Shown here: positions 1-13,200 of the stretch, one piece after another
Layout: each line of letters begins with the position of its first letter
Numbering within the stretch: the first letter of the stretch is position 1
Position numbers and translations under genes: made by a program
Assembly: GCA_030704615.1 (NCBI GenBank)
Contig: CM060732.1
Span: 46,624,001-46,688,000 of the forward strand
Direction: 5' to 3'
DNA: 64,000 bases
Source: Takakia lepidozioides
Taxonomy: Eukaryota; Plantae; Bryophyta
Notes under the pieces: generated by a model
What the model saw: the letters and a program-made list of their open reading frames with translations, nothing else
Databases searched by the model: none
Told to the model about the DNA's origin: nothing

Positions 1-6
1 CACATT

Positions 7-1344
7 CTAAGCTAGAACTGCTCCCAAAGCAATGCCTGATGCATCACTGTGTACATGAAATCGTAAATCCCATCTTGGATTTATCAGAATTGGTATTGCT
101 GTGAGTGCCATTTTTAGTGAATCAAATGATTCTTGGCAAGCTGGAGACCATCGGTATTCGGCATCTTGCTTCAGCACTCTATAGACTGGTGCCGCTCTGT
201 GAGCATATTTGTCCATGTACCTTCTGTAATAGCTCGTCTGTCCCATAAATCTCTTGAGTTTCTTGGGATTTTTTGGTGGTGGTATTTTCTGGATAACCTC
301 CACTTTCTTTGGATCCACCAGAATTCCCTGTTGGCACACAATGTGTCCCAACAATAATCCTAAATTCACACAAAATGTACATTTTTCCGGGTTGAGACTT
401 ACTCCATTGTTTCTGCAGGCTTGTAGGCAAAGTTTTAACTATGCCAAGCGTTTGGATTTCTGTCCGAAGACATTGAAATCATCCAAAAATACCTGCATAA
501 AATCGTTGAGATAATTCTTGAATATCTCAGATACTGCTCGCTGAAACGTGGCTGGTGCATTGCAAAGTCCAAATGGCATGACTTTGTAAGCATAGGCTCC
601 ACATTCAGTGATTAATGCGGTCTTTTCTCGGTCTTCTTCTGCCATCTGCACCTGGTTGTACCCACTAAACCCGTCCATGAATGAGTACATCTCATGTTCG
701 GCCACTGTATCCAACACTATTTCGGTGAAAGATAGTGGAAAGGGGTCTTTCTTGGTTCCTGCGTTTAACTTGCGGTAGTCCACACATACTCGTAATTTTC
801 CATTTTTCTTGGGTACTATCACAATGGGCGATAACCATTGTGGTGTCTCTACTGGGTATATAAATCTTGCATCCAGTAATTTCTTGATTTCTTCCCAAAC
901 TTTAGCTGCATAGTTGGGGTTCATTCTGTAACGGTTCTGACGAATTGGTTTTGTGTCAACTTCCAATTCAATGCGGTGTTGACAGATGTTGGAAGGTATA
1001 CCCTTCAAATCTTTGTAGTTCCAGGCAAATACATCCTTGTATTCAGTGAATAATGTAGTGGCTTCTTGTAGAAATGATTCTTCAAGACCTGCACTTACTC
1101 GTATTATCTGTGGTTCTTCCATGGTTCCCAGATTCACTTGAATCAATTGAGTTTCTTCCGTTACTGTCCATCCTGCAATTTCTTGTCCGATGGTTGCGAT
1201 CGTGGCAGATATCTCACTGATTTTAATGTCTTCTTCCCGTTCTTGATAAAAATGGGCAGGGTGTTGAGGTGTGTCCATAGCTTCTTCCTCCGGATCTTCC
1301 GTTCTTGAAGTATTCGGTTCTCCTTGGGTTTCACCATGTGACAC
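7..1344 (-). pseudogene. G1 reverse transcriptase and start of RNase H (disrupted)
   Basis: KKNGKLRVCVDYRKLN, MDGFSGYNQ, MPFGLCNAPATFQR, FLDD; then LLGHIV and FHVHSDASGIALGAVLA. Split across ORFs 439-1344 and 7-369. Confidence 0.95.
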
Positions 1345-2075
1345 CCTACTGTTGTGGTATGCTTGACCACTAATTGCCTAATAGGTTCCAACTGTGGATG
1401 TGCTGCATATACTGTGGCTACTGTAGCTTCATCCAACAGTCCACTGGACCAATCATACTCTTCCACTATGCAAGGTCGTTTCTCTCGTGGAATGGTACCT
1501 CGTTGCTTTGTAGTGATGGTGACTTGTTCTGATCCCTTTCTGATCGTGAGAGTTTGACTTCCCCAATCGTGGTGTGATTGGGCTTGTGTTAACCATGGTC
1601 GGCCAAGTAGTAGTGAATATCCTTTGGCCACATCCTCCATTCTGAGAATGGTTACTGATACTTCGTATACCAGTCCTGCTACTTCCATTGCAAGTCGTCT
1701 GATGATACCCAATGGTTGCACTTCTCATTGATCAACCATTCGTACCGTGAATGGAGCAGGTTCCATGTGCCCCAACCCTAGTGACTTCTTCATCTTCTCT
1801 GTCATGATATTCACTCCGGATCCTCCATCGATGAGTACATCCGTTACCATCTTCCGTCCAATACGTACTTGTATTACGGGTATTGCTTCGTCGTAGTTTG
1901 GAGTTTGTCGTATAGTTGTGGGTTTAATCGTGTAAACCTCTGGTGTTGGTTTTTGTTTTGGTGAGGGGGTCGATGCCTCGATTGCCCGAAATAAAGTTTT
2001 CTTGCAGTGTGGAGCAATTTTTAATAATTGTCCAATGGTAATTTGGGTCTTGGTCTGGTAGATTACTTCAGCCAA
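1161..2075 (-). pseudogene. G1 aspartic protease region
   Basis: VLIDGGSGVNIM (D-G-G-S active site) and YSLLLGRPWL. In-frame stop at about 1725. Confidence 0.9.
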
Positions 2076-2393
2076 TTATGTTTCCGTGGTTGCATTCGTG
2101 GTCTTCATCATTGGTCTGATTTGATTATCTGGAGTTGGCTCTCCAGAAGGTATATGGGTTCCCTCTTGCATTTGAGCTATGCCTTTACTTACCTCCCGAT
2201 GTAAGCTTTTTTCTTCCTGCCATGTTGCACTTTCTGGTTATTGTTTCCGTTCTTCTTCAATCTCCTTATCTGGAGGTTTCTGTTTCTTGGCCTGAGTTCG
2301 GGTTACAACAAGGGTATCCACTATAGGGGTTACCACACTCACGGCTACACTCGGTCCCGCTTCCATATTTCCCACTTCTCCCTCATGCTTGAT

Positions 2394-4001
2394 TCACAAC
2401 TGGCATTCATGTTTCCAGTGTCCCTTTTTCTTGCAATAGTGACATCTCGTGATTTCTATGTTTCTGGGTTGATGTTCTCTATCCCGTGGTGGATAGTCAT
2501 CTCGTGGCCTCTGATAACGATTACCCATATTGTATCGTCTTGGTCCATCCGATCCTCCCCGTCGGATCTGGACTTGGTGTACCCCCACCTCTCGTGTGTA
2601 CCCACTTTTCTTGGCCCGTTGATTGTAAATACAATGGTTGGTATTATGATTGTTCATATGACAAATATCACAGTATTTGTCTTTCATGTGGCATTCCGTT
2701 GCCAAGTGTTCTGCAGTCCCGCATTTGTGACACCATATTGCCTTCCGCGGCCTTTCGTCTTTAAAATTCTTGATAGCCTCTGCTATCTTCTGATCCAAAG
2801 TGGTTTTGTCAATCACTTCTTTCTTCTTTTGTTTGGGTTTTTCTTCATCATCATAGTCTTCTTCTTCCAAGGGATCATTGGAATCTTTACTTCTGCTCTG
2901 ATGAAATCCCAATTCCAATTTCTTTGCAGTTCCTAGTGCTTCAGCCAAAGTGTTGTTAGGCATGACTGTAACCATGGTTACATATTGAGGACGAAATCCG
3001 TTGATGAACCATGATTTTTGTAAGTCATCACCTGGTGCTTGAGGTAGTTTCTTTATCAGAGTCTTCATTCTCTCCAGGTAGTCGACTACCAATTTTTTCT
3101 TTTTTTGTCTCAGGTTTTGTAATCCTGTGAAGATTTCATATGTGGATTTGTTGGATCTATATCTTTCTTGAAACGCGGCTCTCATATCCGCCCAATTTGC
3201 AAAGTGATTGGCTAGAAAGGTTGCCAACCATGCAATGCCTTTCCTAGCCATTGAACAAGGAAATAATCGGATCTTTTCCTAGTATGTTGCTTCATTGTAA
3301 ATGGTGCACATGTTCTCAAATTGATTAAGATGGATATCCGGATCGGATTTCCCATCATATAAAGGAAACGACGGTCTGGTTTTGCTTGCTACTAAAGCCA
3401 TTAGTGAAGCTGGTGCAACTGGTTGTCCAAACTGTGATGGTCCCACTGCCGCTGGCTGTGGTGTTGTTGGTGTTTGTCTTCCAAACAATGATTCAAAGCT
3501 AGGAGGTCCTTGTCCCAATGATAGCCGTCTTCCAGCTGTTGTCCCTACTAAGCTTAATGAATCTTTAAAAGCTTTGAGTGCAATCCTGGTTATCCTTTCT
3601 GGAGAAGTAGTTTCACTTCTTTCACCTTCTTCACTCAGAATATTCTCAAATCTTTCTTCCAATATTTCAGCAAAGCCTCGATTTGGACTTGTTATTGTAG
3701 AAGGTCCTTCAGATCTTTCTTGTGGTAACCATTCATCAAGTGTATTACTGGCGACTCCTTCTGGAGTAGTGTTCTCACTTTCCAACAATCCGATTTCCTG
3801 ATCTTCTGGTTTATCACTGTCAATTTGTCTTGATGTCTCACCTTGAATAATATTCAAGTTTTGTAATTCCGGGAACTCTTTTCTCAACCGAGCTTCCCTT
3901 TCTGCAGCATATTTCTCTATTCTTTCAGCTCTATCTTGTTTAGCTTTGTCTTTAATTTCCTCATTCATTCCCACATCATATATAGAATTCCTTTTCAACA
4001 C
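2394..4001 (-). pseudogene. G1 gag with three CCHC zinc knuckles
   Basis: YDGKSDPDIHLNQFE capsid motif; CHKCGTAEHLATEC, CDICHMNNHNTNHC, CHYCKKKGHWKHEC. In-frame stop at 3279. Confidence 0.9.
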
Positions 4002-4071
4002 CCTTTAATCAGTCTTGGTATGTCAGTAAAGAAAAATTATAGTGGTCTTTACCATTTCTCCAAGATTTATC

Positions 4072-4442
4072 CTATCTTGCCAGAATTATGATCATATGAC
4101 AATATTCATAATTTGAACATCCTTCCCTGAAAATATAACTAGTGTAGCAAACTTTTCTGATTGGGATTAGAGTAATCAATAAAGCTAGACGGGACAACCA
4201 TTCTTCACTTCTGATTCTACATTCCCAAGGTGCTCGTGTAATGCTGATCACTCCTCCCTTTAATCCCCATTTGTCATCTTCTTTCGCATTGAAGAAAGAT
4301 CTTTCTGTTGTATTGCTATTGGTAAGCCATGAAATTTTTTCAGGAATGCTTTCCATTCCTCTGCTTCCATTGACTCGTTCTTTTGTGATTTCAAGAAATT
4401 ACTGAGTAACCATCCTTCCTTGAGTTCACTTCAACTCAACAT
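4072..4442 (-). pseudogene. G1 extra 5' ORF (ORF0) between PBS and gag, unknown function
   Basis: Aligns by eye with G2 ORF 39733-40428: GWLLSNF/GWTIKEF, FLKKFHGLP/FFQRFLELP, DDKWGLKGGVISI/DPEWGLEKGVIKI, WLSRL/WLPTL. One stop and one frameshift in G1. Confidence 0.7.
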
Positions 4443-4450
4443 ACCGTTAG

Positions 4451-4468
4451 TCCCCAGTATGGTCGCCA
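4451..4468 (-). promoter_or_regulatory. G1 primer-binding site TGGCGACCATACTGGGGA (probably tRNA-Arg type)
   Basis: Lies 2 nt from the LTR end, starts TGG, identical to G2 PBS at 40301-40318. Complementary to a tRNA ending GGTCG-CCA. Confidence 0.85.
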
Positions 4469-4470
4469 AA

Positions 4471-5760
4471 TGTTAACCGCTGGATTATGACTTAGACAAA
4501 ACAGGCTATCAACATTACTGCCCATTTTCTAAGACATGCAACAGAGGTTGTCCGACGATATGCTTTCAGAAACGATAACGAAGTAATCGTTTTAAGGATA
4601 GCTAAACCATGAACGTCGTATGAAGCCATATCCCTGCAGGCTGCTTAATCCAATTGATTAAGCCCAATCTACAGTCTCTTTAGCATAAAAGATCTTAGTC
4701 GAAATGACTGAAGCCTCTTTGTTCATACAAGCAGATGGTAGTCAAGACAAAACAAGAATTATTCTGAGATGATACACATTCTCACAATCTCACGTTCTCT
4801 CATAATGCACATTATCTCCATCTCACATTCACTTTACACAGAGATACTTCGAATAGTATGGCTTTTCTTCAGAGTTCGTCACATCATCACAGAAGTACAC
4901 ACTGAATACACACTGATCACTGATACTCATACTCATATTGCTCCCTCTCCTAAGTTGCGTGCAGCTTTTTTATACTATGTTCGAAAGAGCCGTTACAGCC
5001 TGCGATCGTTAATGACCGTTTGCCTAACTGTCTACGCAACCTAAAGGGTTTGCTAAAAAAATGACTCGTTGTAGTGGTCGTGAGCCATAGTGGTAAACGG
5101 TCCACTACTCCCTCTATTGGTTAAAGCCGATGCTAACGTGGCCGTATGATATCGTGGTTCACAGCCCACAGTCACTACACTATCCACTATTGCTTCCGTG
5201 GTAATGTACCCTTGTTCCGCCATTTGCTAAGTACCGCGTACTTAGCTTTTTTTGCCCGTGACCAGGAAGTGTACACCAATCACCACCCGGTATGTCCCGT
5301 TGTGACCCTCGCTCTCTGGCCCTCGTAGCATAGCCATTATCAAGCATCGTTCTCGGCGTTTATGCATGTATTCACTACATACGTGTCCCCCTCCCAGCGG
5401 CACACTCGTCCATTCTGCAGTGGCTGCCGTCTGTCATTATGGAGGTATGGCCATCGCATAGATTCGATACGGATGGATGACTTATTTTTGGATTCTCCCG
5501 GTTCAACATCTTCCATTCGTTTGTCGCCGATTTCTCTTAAACCCTACACTCAATGCATTGTCGGGTTCCACGTGGCTGAACACATTGGGATGGCATGGGA
5601 TGTCGGTCTCCACTGTCATTTCACATGGGTCAGTAAAGGCACATAATTGCTTACCAACTGTTTTATGAACTGTTTTGACAACTGTTTCTAAAAGACTCTT
5701 TAACGGTCTGTCAGCTTTTTAAATAGGTTTTGGCTGACCCTTCCAGAATGGTTTAGGACA
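4471..5760 (-). repeat. G1 5' LTR (distal boundary approximate)
   Basis: TGTT..(minus-strand AACA) abuts the PBS; minus-strand TATAAAAA near 4966-4974; candidate end GTTTAGGACA at 5760. No second LTR or TSD in the window to confirm. Confidence 0.6.
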
Positions 5761-8700
5761 TACATGATGTGTTGTCCTTGGCCAACCTCGTTAGTAAGGT
5801 TAATGGTTTGAAATGCAAAGCATGAGAAATGTAATCCTCACTATCGTTTGTAACAAGAATCCGCACAGAAGTTGTGGTTTCTGCATTTTGTGCGAGGGAA
5901 TTTCTCTTGCAGTAGCTGTGGATGCATATATTGGTACAAATTTCTTTTTAGATCGTTTTTGATCTTAAGGCAAACAGTTTAGGCATTGTACTGCCAAAGC
6001 AGGGCAGTTTGCGAGTTATCTGGGAATCGCTGGTAAAGCACGTATGAATTTAGATTATGTCTGAGACGACCATGGAGGAGCTTTGGCGTCAAAATGACCG
6101 TAGGAAGCTGCATTGATAGCGAGTTAGGTTGTCAATTCGGTACTAGTAACGACAACATGCACCGTTTCGAAACAATACATGACGACTGTTCCAGTCCCGG
6201 ATTGCGATCTCTCTATTCTCCCGCTTTTCAAGTCCAATATGAGCACGCGGCGAGGAGTCTTGGCAATTGGAGGCCAAAATCTGTATAGCGATGAAATATC
6301 GCGACAAAGCAAGTGCTGCATCTGAGCAAACGACGGGTGAATGAGCTTCCCGACGAAGTTTTGAACTCCTCAGTGATGCAAAATGTGTAGGAGGGAACTC
6401 TAGATGATCTGTGACCCAGTGGCAGGGCCAAAGACCCCCTGGGGGCACCACCAGTATTTTTACTGCCAGGAAGCGGCAGACTGTCTATATGGCAAAACCA
6501 TGGAAACCAACCAAAGGTGTGGCTTTTCTTTCCCGATTCCCTTGAGATTTTACGGGCAAGTACAATGCATCTAATTATAATTTGTCCCAAGTTTGGGGAT
6601 TTTTGGAGGCGATGAAAGATGACATCAAATTATCAAGCCGAAGGCAGTTGCGAAAGGCGATTAAATGGAATTCTAGTTCATCCAATGGATGAAAACTGGA
6701 AATTCGACCTGCAAGCTGGATGGATGAGAAGACAACCTAGCGCCAACCGGTCATCCATTGGATGGATGAAAAACCAGATTTATCATTAACACCAAGGTTT
6801 TCCATCCATGGTTATTATTTTATGGTGTTCTATCGTTTTTAAATTATAGACTCATGTAGGAAATAATAGTTTAAAGACTATCCTTCACTAGTTTAAGAGG
6901 CCCCAGAAACACAATAAAAGAAGAGCAGACTCCTCTTGTTCTTCATCTAGTCTCATTTCCTTGCTTTGGCCTCTTGCTTGTGTAGTTAGTTTTGAGTTTG
7001 AGGGAGCTAGATCCTAGAGGGTTGAGCTTGTGGCTCTCTAGTAGTAGAAGCAAGCATAGTGAGAGCAAGATAGTCCTAGCTCAAGGCCTTGTGGCCATTT
7101 GAGGCAAGAAGTAGAGGAAGTGCTCCATGAAGTGGGAGACTTGAGAACGAGTAGGAGTGTCGGAGGAGGACCAGATTTGAGTACCATTCTACCGAGCGAT
7201 TTAGTGCATCCCAAACACCACTTGTTTCAGAGGGTGACTTACTATATTATCTTGACCTTTGAATTCATTTGTTTCATTTGTTGTTCAAGCTTGTTCCAAG
7301 AAGGGACCTTATAGCATTGCTTGCTAGAAATATATAAAAACTAACCCTCTTTCAAAGAGGATGTGTGTGCATTTCTATGTGCATGTGTGAAGCCCTAGGA
7401 GACAGGGCCTTAGGAATCTAACCCAATTATGTCATGGAAGTGAGGGTAGATGTCCATTATTATGTTTAAGGAGAGGGTGAGCTTGCATGAAGTGGCGAAA
7501 CTCTTGTCAAATTTCCATTTCTAGCTTAGTGGCAATGGACATATTCCATGAGACGGCGAAGCTATCGCCAAAATTTCCATATTATTAAGTTCATATCTAT
7601 GATCATAAGCCCCCAGGCCATAGAGGACCATAGGAGGCAGTGCTAACTAGCTTTATAAGTGGTTAAGCTATTTTGTAGAGATCTGCCAAAAAAGGCAGAG
7701 CCCAGCACTAAAGTGTCGGCGCCTTAGGCGCCTCTAGGCTAGAGGTCAACCAAGGAGGTTGCTTAGAATCGCCATGGAAAGGCGAATCTAACACGGGTGG
7801 CGCGGCCTTCCCCTGTGAGGAGAGTTGACCCCTGGAGCAAAGTACAGGTTGTTGGTACACTGTGTGGCAGCACCAGGCACCATAACTGGGTCCGCGCAGG
7901 TACGACACGAATGGCAGAGACGACGGAGCCTGCTATTACCCACTGGACCGGGCCGGCGGAGGGCCAGTCACGTCGCACCACGTAGTGCTAGCCGCGGGGT
8001 ATCGGTTTTAACCACTGGATATTACGACAGATCCCGCCAGGAACTGTTGGTCCCTGGTACGGGTATTTTAAGGGGGGTTTTCTCCCTATGCCTTTGATTT
8101 CTTGTGCACTATTCATGGTGTTCTTCTTGCATGGGAATGAAGGCGTGTTTTAGCAAAGGATAAGAAATGGTTGGAACCATTGGATAGGCCCCATTGAGGC
8201 CATCAATTTGATATGTATCTTGGGGCTTGTGAAAGCACGGCTCACGGGTGGATGCTACAGGTAGAGAGAGAGAGCCCAGAGACAGGAGGAGAGAATCCCT
8301 GGTAGGGGTTTCACAAGGTAGAAGATGACATGTTCCAACTTCGTTCTAGGCTGGTTGCTTGCGTAAATTAATCAAATTATATTGGAAGTAAGTGGAAGAG
8401 GAGTAGGGAATGGACCCTTAGACCCACTGAATGTTTAATCATTGTTTACACACAAGGGTGACGATCAGATGAGAAACTGATGGGCGACAGATTTCATTCA
8501 TTCTGGCCCGGTGATTGTTTAAGTTGTTAATGCATTATTGATTGGTTTGGTATAGGAATTTAGGGGTGCTCCCAAGTGGAGAGCGGTTCCCCAATGCTCC
8601 CGACATAAAGGGAGTTCCCAGGGCGTTCCCCTGGTACCTTGAGGGTAATTTAGTTAGCTAAATCCTACGATGATTCTCTATTTCTACGAATTTCATGCAT

Positions 8701-9313
8701 TTGTAGGAAGGTTTTAATTATTTGTTCTTTACTATTCAGCAGGGTAATTCGCCTTTAATAAGGGATTTATCGGACTCCTTAACTTAAAAACGGAAGTTTT
8801 AATGGAGGTATCACCCCCTTCCGCCGAGGATATTTGAAGGCAAGTACCCGGCCGCTGGGGGGCCCTTGGGCCAAGGAACGGCCATTGTTTTATTATATCT
8901 CGGGAATTACCTAGAGGTTTGAATTGTTATCATTCACCCGATGGACTGACCATTGAGGTTGAAACTTGGATCGCTCTAAGCTGGGGAGACTGACTTGGGA
9001 AAGCGGATCCGGTCCCTTCCTAGGAGGTATGAAACTAATCCACCTCGGGATTTGGGGGGGGGGCATTGGGCGGGAGATAGATGATCCTCGTCTCCCTGGG
9101 CTCGGGATTCGTTTTGTGAAGGGATTTGAAGGTTCGTCCCGGCTATAAGTGTGTTGGGAGTCCAGGCATGTATGAAGTAGTAATAAACAAAGACTTGGAA
9201 GGCAATTACGATTAAAGACGTAGAAAACCCATCAACAAAACGTAGGACTAGGAAACGCAAATCGCCCTGTGAAGTGGAGTTGTTAAGCTTTGCTTTGCCG
9301 GTAGGAAGTTAGA

Positions 9314-11208
9314 ATGTTTAGATCCATCCATAGCTGCCACGGACCCCTCCACTTACCGCAGCCAGGTAGGCGGTTCGTTGAGCCCAACCTACACCGCAAC
9401 TTGCCACGACCCCCTAGGCTAGTATGCCGTCACCCTGGCCACGCGCGACCAGGGCTCGTCAGCAGCATGGCTTCCTCCAAAGCGGAGTTTTACTCTGTGG
9501 AGAAACCAGTACCTTTCTCGAAGGATACCGATGACAATGGTTTTGCAATTATGGATGAACATCTCCTAGCCACGAGTTTCGAGTTCCAGTATGGTACTGT
9601 GTGGCTCGAAAGAGAGGTTTACGGTGTTGATGGGAAGTTGATGAAGTATGTCTTCCAGAAATCGGATGAAAACGCACTTATGAGTCAGTGGAGAGTTCAT
9701 CCAGGAAGATATAGGGTTCTTGGAGCTCCTCGCCGGCAGTTGATTGGTTCGTATGTCATGTTGGGAACTGCTGCTTCTGTTGTTCAAGACAAGAGGAATG
9801 TGGTCATGAAGATGGAGCCCACAACTTCCAGACAAATTGTTGAGCTCTCCGACTCCTCGGAGGAGGACGTTCCGAAAATTCCTTCTGTGGTTCCTTCTCC
9901 GGTGGTCGTGGTGCCGGACTTGAAGGACCTATCTAGTGTCATTCCTAAACTGAAGTCAATGGGAAGAATGCCTGGTTTCAAGAGTGAGTTGCGGGGGATT
10001 GACTGGGACACTGTCCCTGTTGAGCGTGTGCAATACCTTTCGGGGTCTTTTGATGGGGATGTCGTCTTCGAGCTCCCTCCACCTGGGCGGGGTGGACCTG
10101 TTTCGAGCCTCATGCATGGAATGGACAAGAGACACGATGGACACCCATGGTGCAAAACGAAGACATCCAATATTGAAAATGATGACAAGCTCATGTTCAG
10201 GAGAGCAATGTGCAATGGGCACCTGAGGTGCGAGAATTTGAGTTGCAGACATTTCTTGCGGTCAGAGGTTCAGAACCAGAGCGAGTGGGAGGGTGTCACC
10301 GAGAATCCTTTCAAGCCCGGTGAAGCACCTCCAAGCTCCAACACTTTCGTTTGCAAATTCTGCAAACGAGCGCCTTCCTGTCTGGCAATGTGTGGTGCAA
10401 GAATGTACTATGTGGTGCACCGTTTTCCAACCTTGACTAGAGCCGGTGTGCATTTCGGCTTCCACAACCATCCAGTGTCGAAGGGGGATTACATGGAAAG
10501 TGTTGAAACAGTCTCCAGGTTGATAAGACAAGAGTATGAGAGCAATCCAACAGTCACCACCTCCACAATTGTTCTTGGAGCAAGCAAGACTTTCCTGGAA
10601 ACCCATATTCTTAGTGAAGGAGATTCTGTGGGCAGGAAACTCGACGGGCCAGCCTTGGACAATGTTATGGATCACTTCCCTACCTTGAGCTCGCCGAATA
10701 TTAAAAACCGGGTGAATGCATTGAGGATCATGGGCTCTGCTAACAGAGGGTACGTTGATAATATTTTCGAATTGAAGCGACAGAGCAAGTATGACTACAT
10801 TCAAGAGAGTGTGTTCCCAGGTCAAAGGTCGAACAAAGTGTATCTTTTCAAAATGTCCACAGCCGGGGAGGGCAGCGGAGACAGTCTTGTGAAGCGCATG
10901 TAGAAGGGTGGTTATCTTCAGAACTGTTTCCTTATGTTTGATCACGTCAAACGAGTGTAAGACTGGACAACAATGGCGTGTTATGTTTACGATCATTTCT
11001 ACCAGCGAGTCATGACAATTGCAGTGTGTGACATGCAATCAGAGGATGCGGATTCGCAATAGCTAATGTGGAGAAGTCTCATTTGCGTGATGGACTCCCA
11101 GGGCGTCTCATCTCCAAATTTCGTCGGATTTGGCCGAAAGTGCTCAAGCGAATTTCAATGTTGTTCGCATTGTGTTTGGATCAGGAGATCCAAAGGTGCC
11201 AATGCCAG
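9314..11208 (+). pseudogene. MULE/Mutator-like transposase, 5' part: GCM/WRKY-like zinc-binding domain plus first half of DDE core
   Basis: C-NGHLRC-ENLSC...CKFC...C...HFGFHNHP zinc ligands; FDHVKR; TIAVCDMQSED; GF-AESAQANFNVVRIVFGSGDPKVPMP. Several stops and a frameshift after 10903. Confidence 0.75.
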
Positions 11209-12149
11209 CAATACAACAGATCCGACTTTTACGTCTGTTATTTTCCAGTCGTATCAGCCTTTTATGACTGCATGACTGCCCAGTCAGATAGACCTAGTCA
11301 GTTGTGACAAATGAGTCGTAAGCGCCATAGAGTCGTATTTGCCAGTCGTGGAGCTCACTGTTGACGTGGCAACTGAGACGCCTAATCATAGTCATTGATA
11401 AGACCGTAGTAAATGACTGCGAATCCATGTCAGTTTCATGTGGAACTGAAGGGATATGCCACGTGTCACGTCAAAGGGAAGGCGACAGGGTCTTTACGAC
11501 TGGCATATACGACTTCCGCAGATTAACCCCATGACAACACGTGGAGAAGACTGGACATGACACGTGGAGTCAAATTATGCACGATGGGGGTGGTCGTTAT
11601 GACTGGGACATATGACTTCCATGGCGCACTCTAGATACTGCACGTGGCACAAGTATGGGCGAACACGAGGGGTGAAAGTGGCACGTGGCGGAGGCCCTGT
11701 GGATGGGAGGTAGTCGTGTACATGACCGTAGTCATGGGCCTAACTCTAGCTGCATTGAAACATGAAAGCACAATTAAAAGCACACGAAAACACATTTGAA
11801 ACATGAAAGCACATTTGAAATTGGAACATCGATTCAAATACAACGTGACTTAATGTTCAAAGATCCGTTCCATAATCTAATCCGGTGCTGCTACAAAAAT
11901 GCACAAGCTGCAAAGTCTATGTAGACTTCCAAATGCCTGAGCAGAAGATGCATACACTGGCATCTCTTGACCTTCAGCAATCCACTACCTTCATTAGCAG
12001 TGCCTGATTTTATCAATTGTGTCGCAGCTGCTGTGGCTTCATGTTGACCATCTACCCATGCAGGTTTCTTCTAGCTATCCTTCCACAACGAATCATAGGT
12101 AATCTGGAGCTTGAAAAGCCGGCCCTCTTGGATGAATCTGCACCCACAC

Positions 12150-13200
12150 TCTATCATTGCTCCTCAGCTATCCATGCCCATGAGGGTATTGTTCCGAATC
12201 ACATCTGGTACAATTCCAGCTTTGGTGATGCAACCATGTACCTCTTTGCATGTGCTTTCCAGGGAAGCCAGGCTTGCACACGCACTGCAAACACACACAA
12301 ACATGATGTGGTCGAGCTGCACCCTTTCCCCCATCATTTGCTTTCAGGTCTCCAAAGCCCCATCCAGCTCTCCTGCTCTGCACGCCCTCACCACAAGGGC
12401 ATATTTCAGAATGACATCAATTCAATTCCAGCTTGGATGATGTCACCACAAACCCCGTCTTCACTCATTGCCTACTCTAGTTAAGTGCAATTATGGGCTA
12501 GGCTGATACCACATCTCATTCAGCCATATTATCAAACTGCATGCCATTTGTATCCTTGTAGTTGTACCCAAACTTGGCATACATGTCCACTACGGCAACA
12601 TTCAGAATCACATCAGATACAATACCAACTTTGACGATATTACCGTGGACCTTTGCACCATTTTTCATGGCTGCCAGGCTTGCATTTGACATACATATCC
12701 ACCAAGGCAGTGTTTAGAGACATCTAGTGGTACAATTCCAGCTTTGACAATGTCACCATAGACCTTGCGTCCTTTCCAGGGCTACCAGGCTCGCATTTGA
12801 CATACATGTACACCAAGGGAATGTTCAAAATGACATCAGAATGTCATCGCATTTGACATGAATTCCAGCTTTGATGATGTCACCATGAACCTCTTGGCCC
12901 CTTCCCAGGGCTTCTAGGCTCGCATATGCATATTACAAACACAAATGAACATGACCTGGTCTGGCTTCATCCTTTCCCACATCATTTGCTCTTAGGTTTC
13001 CAAAGCCTTAATCCCACATCCATGCTGCACATACCTTGCAATCATGGCACTCCACAACACCACATCTCATTTAGCCATGTTGTCGAACTCTCCCTTCGCA
13101 TCAGGCTTGCTGCACCCACATTTGGCATACATGTCCACCAGGGCAGTGTTCAGAATGACAACTAGTACAATTTCAGCTTTGACGATGGCACATGGCCAAG
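12150..13200 (-). pseudogene. Captured PLS-class pentatricopeptide repeat fragments
   Basis: Minus-strand NTALVDMYAKCG...FDNM..DVVLWSAMIARYVQHG...ALE...QM...MKPDQVMF...ASLEAL..G.EVHGDIIKAG. The VHG.I.KAG / VDMY block recurs several times with stops. Confidence 0.85.

Larger units (their letters stand above)
1..5760 (-). mobile_element. Ty3/gypsy non-chromovirus LTR retrotransposon (element G1), 5' half, degenerate, runs off the window start
   Basis: Order on the minus strand is LTR, PBS, ORF0, gag, PR, RT, RNase H. Same PBS and clear protein similarity to element G2 (27907-41373). Right LTR edge is uncertain. Confidence 0.9.

Noticed and set aside
2241-2936. Long antisense ORFs over gag/pol (also 3382-3801, 10262-11038, 26193-26849 and similar)
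   Set aside because: Shadow frames of the real coding strand or frame, with no independent motifs.
7650-8070. Telomerase RNA, 7SL, RNase MRP or hammerhead ribozyme
   Set aside because: No telomere template, USE consensus or conserved core motifs recognised.
5761-9300. Solo LTR or other defined element
   Set aside because: LTR-like composition, but I could not find matching termini, a TSD, a PBS or a second copy.
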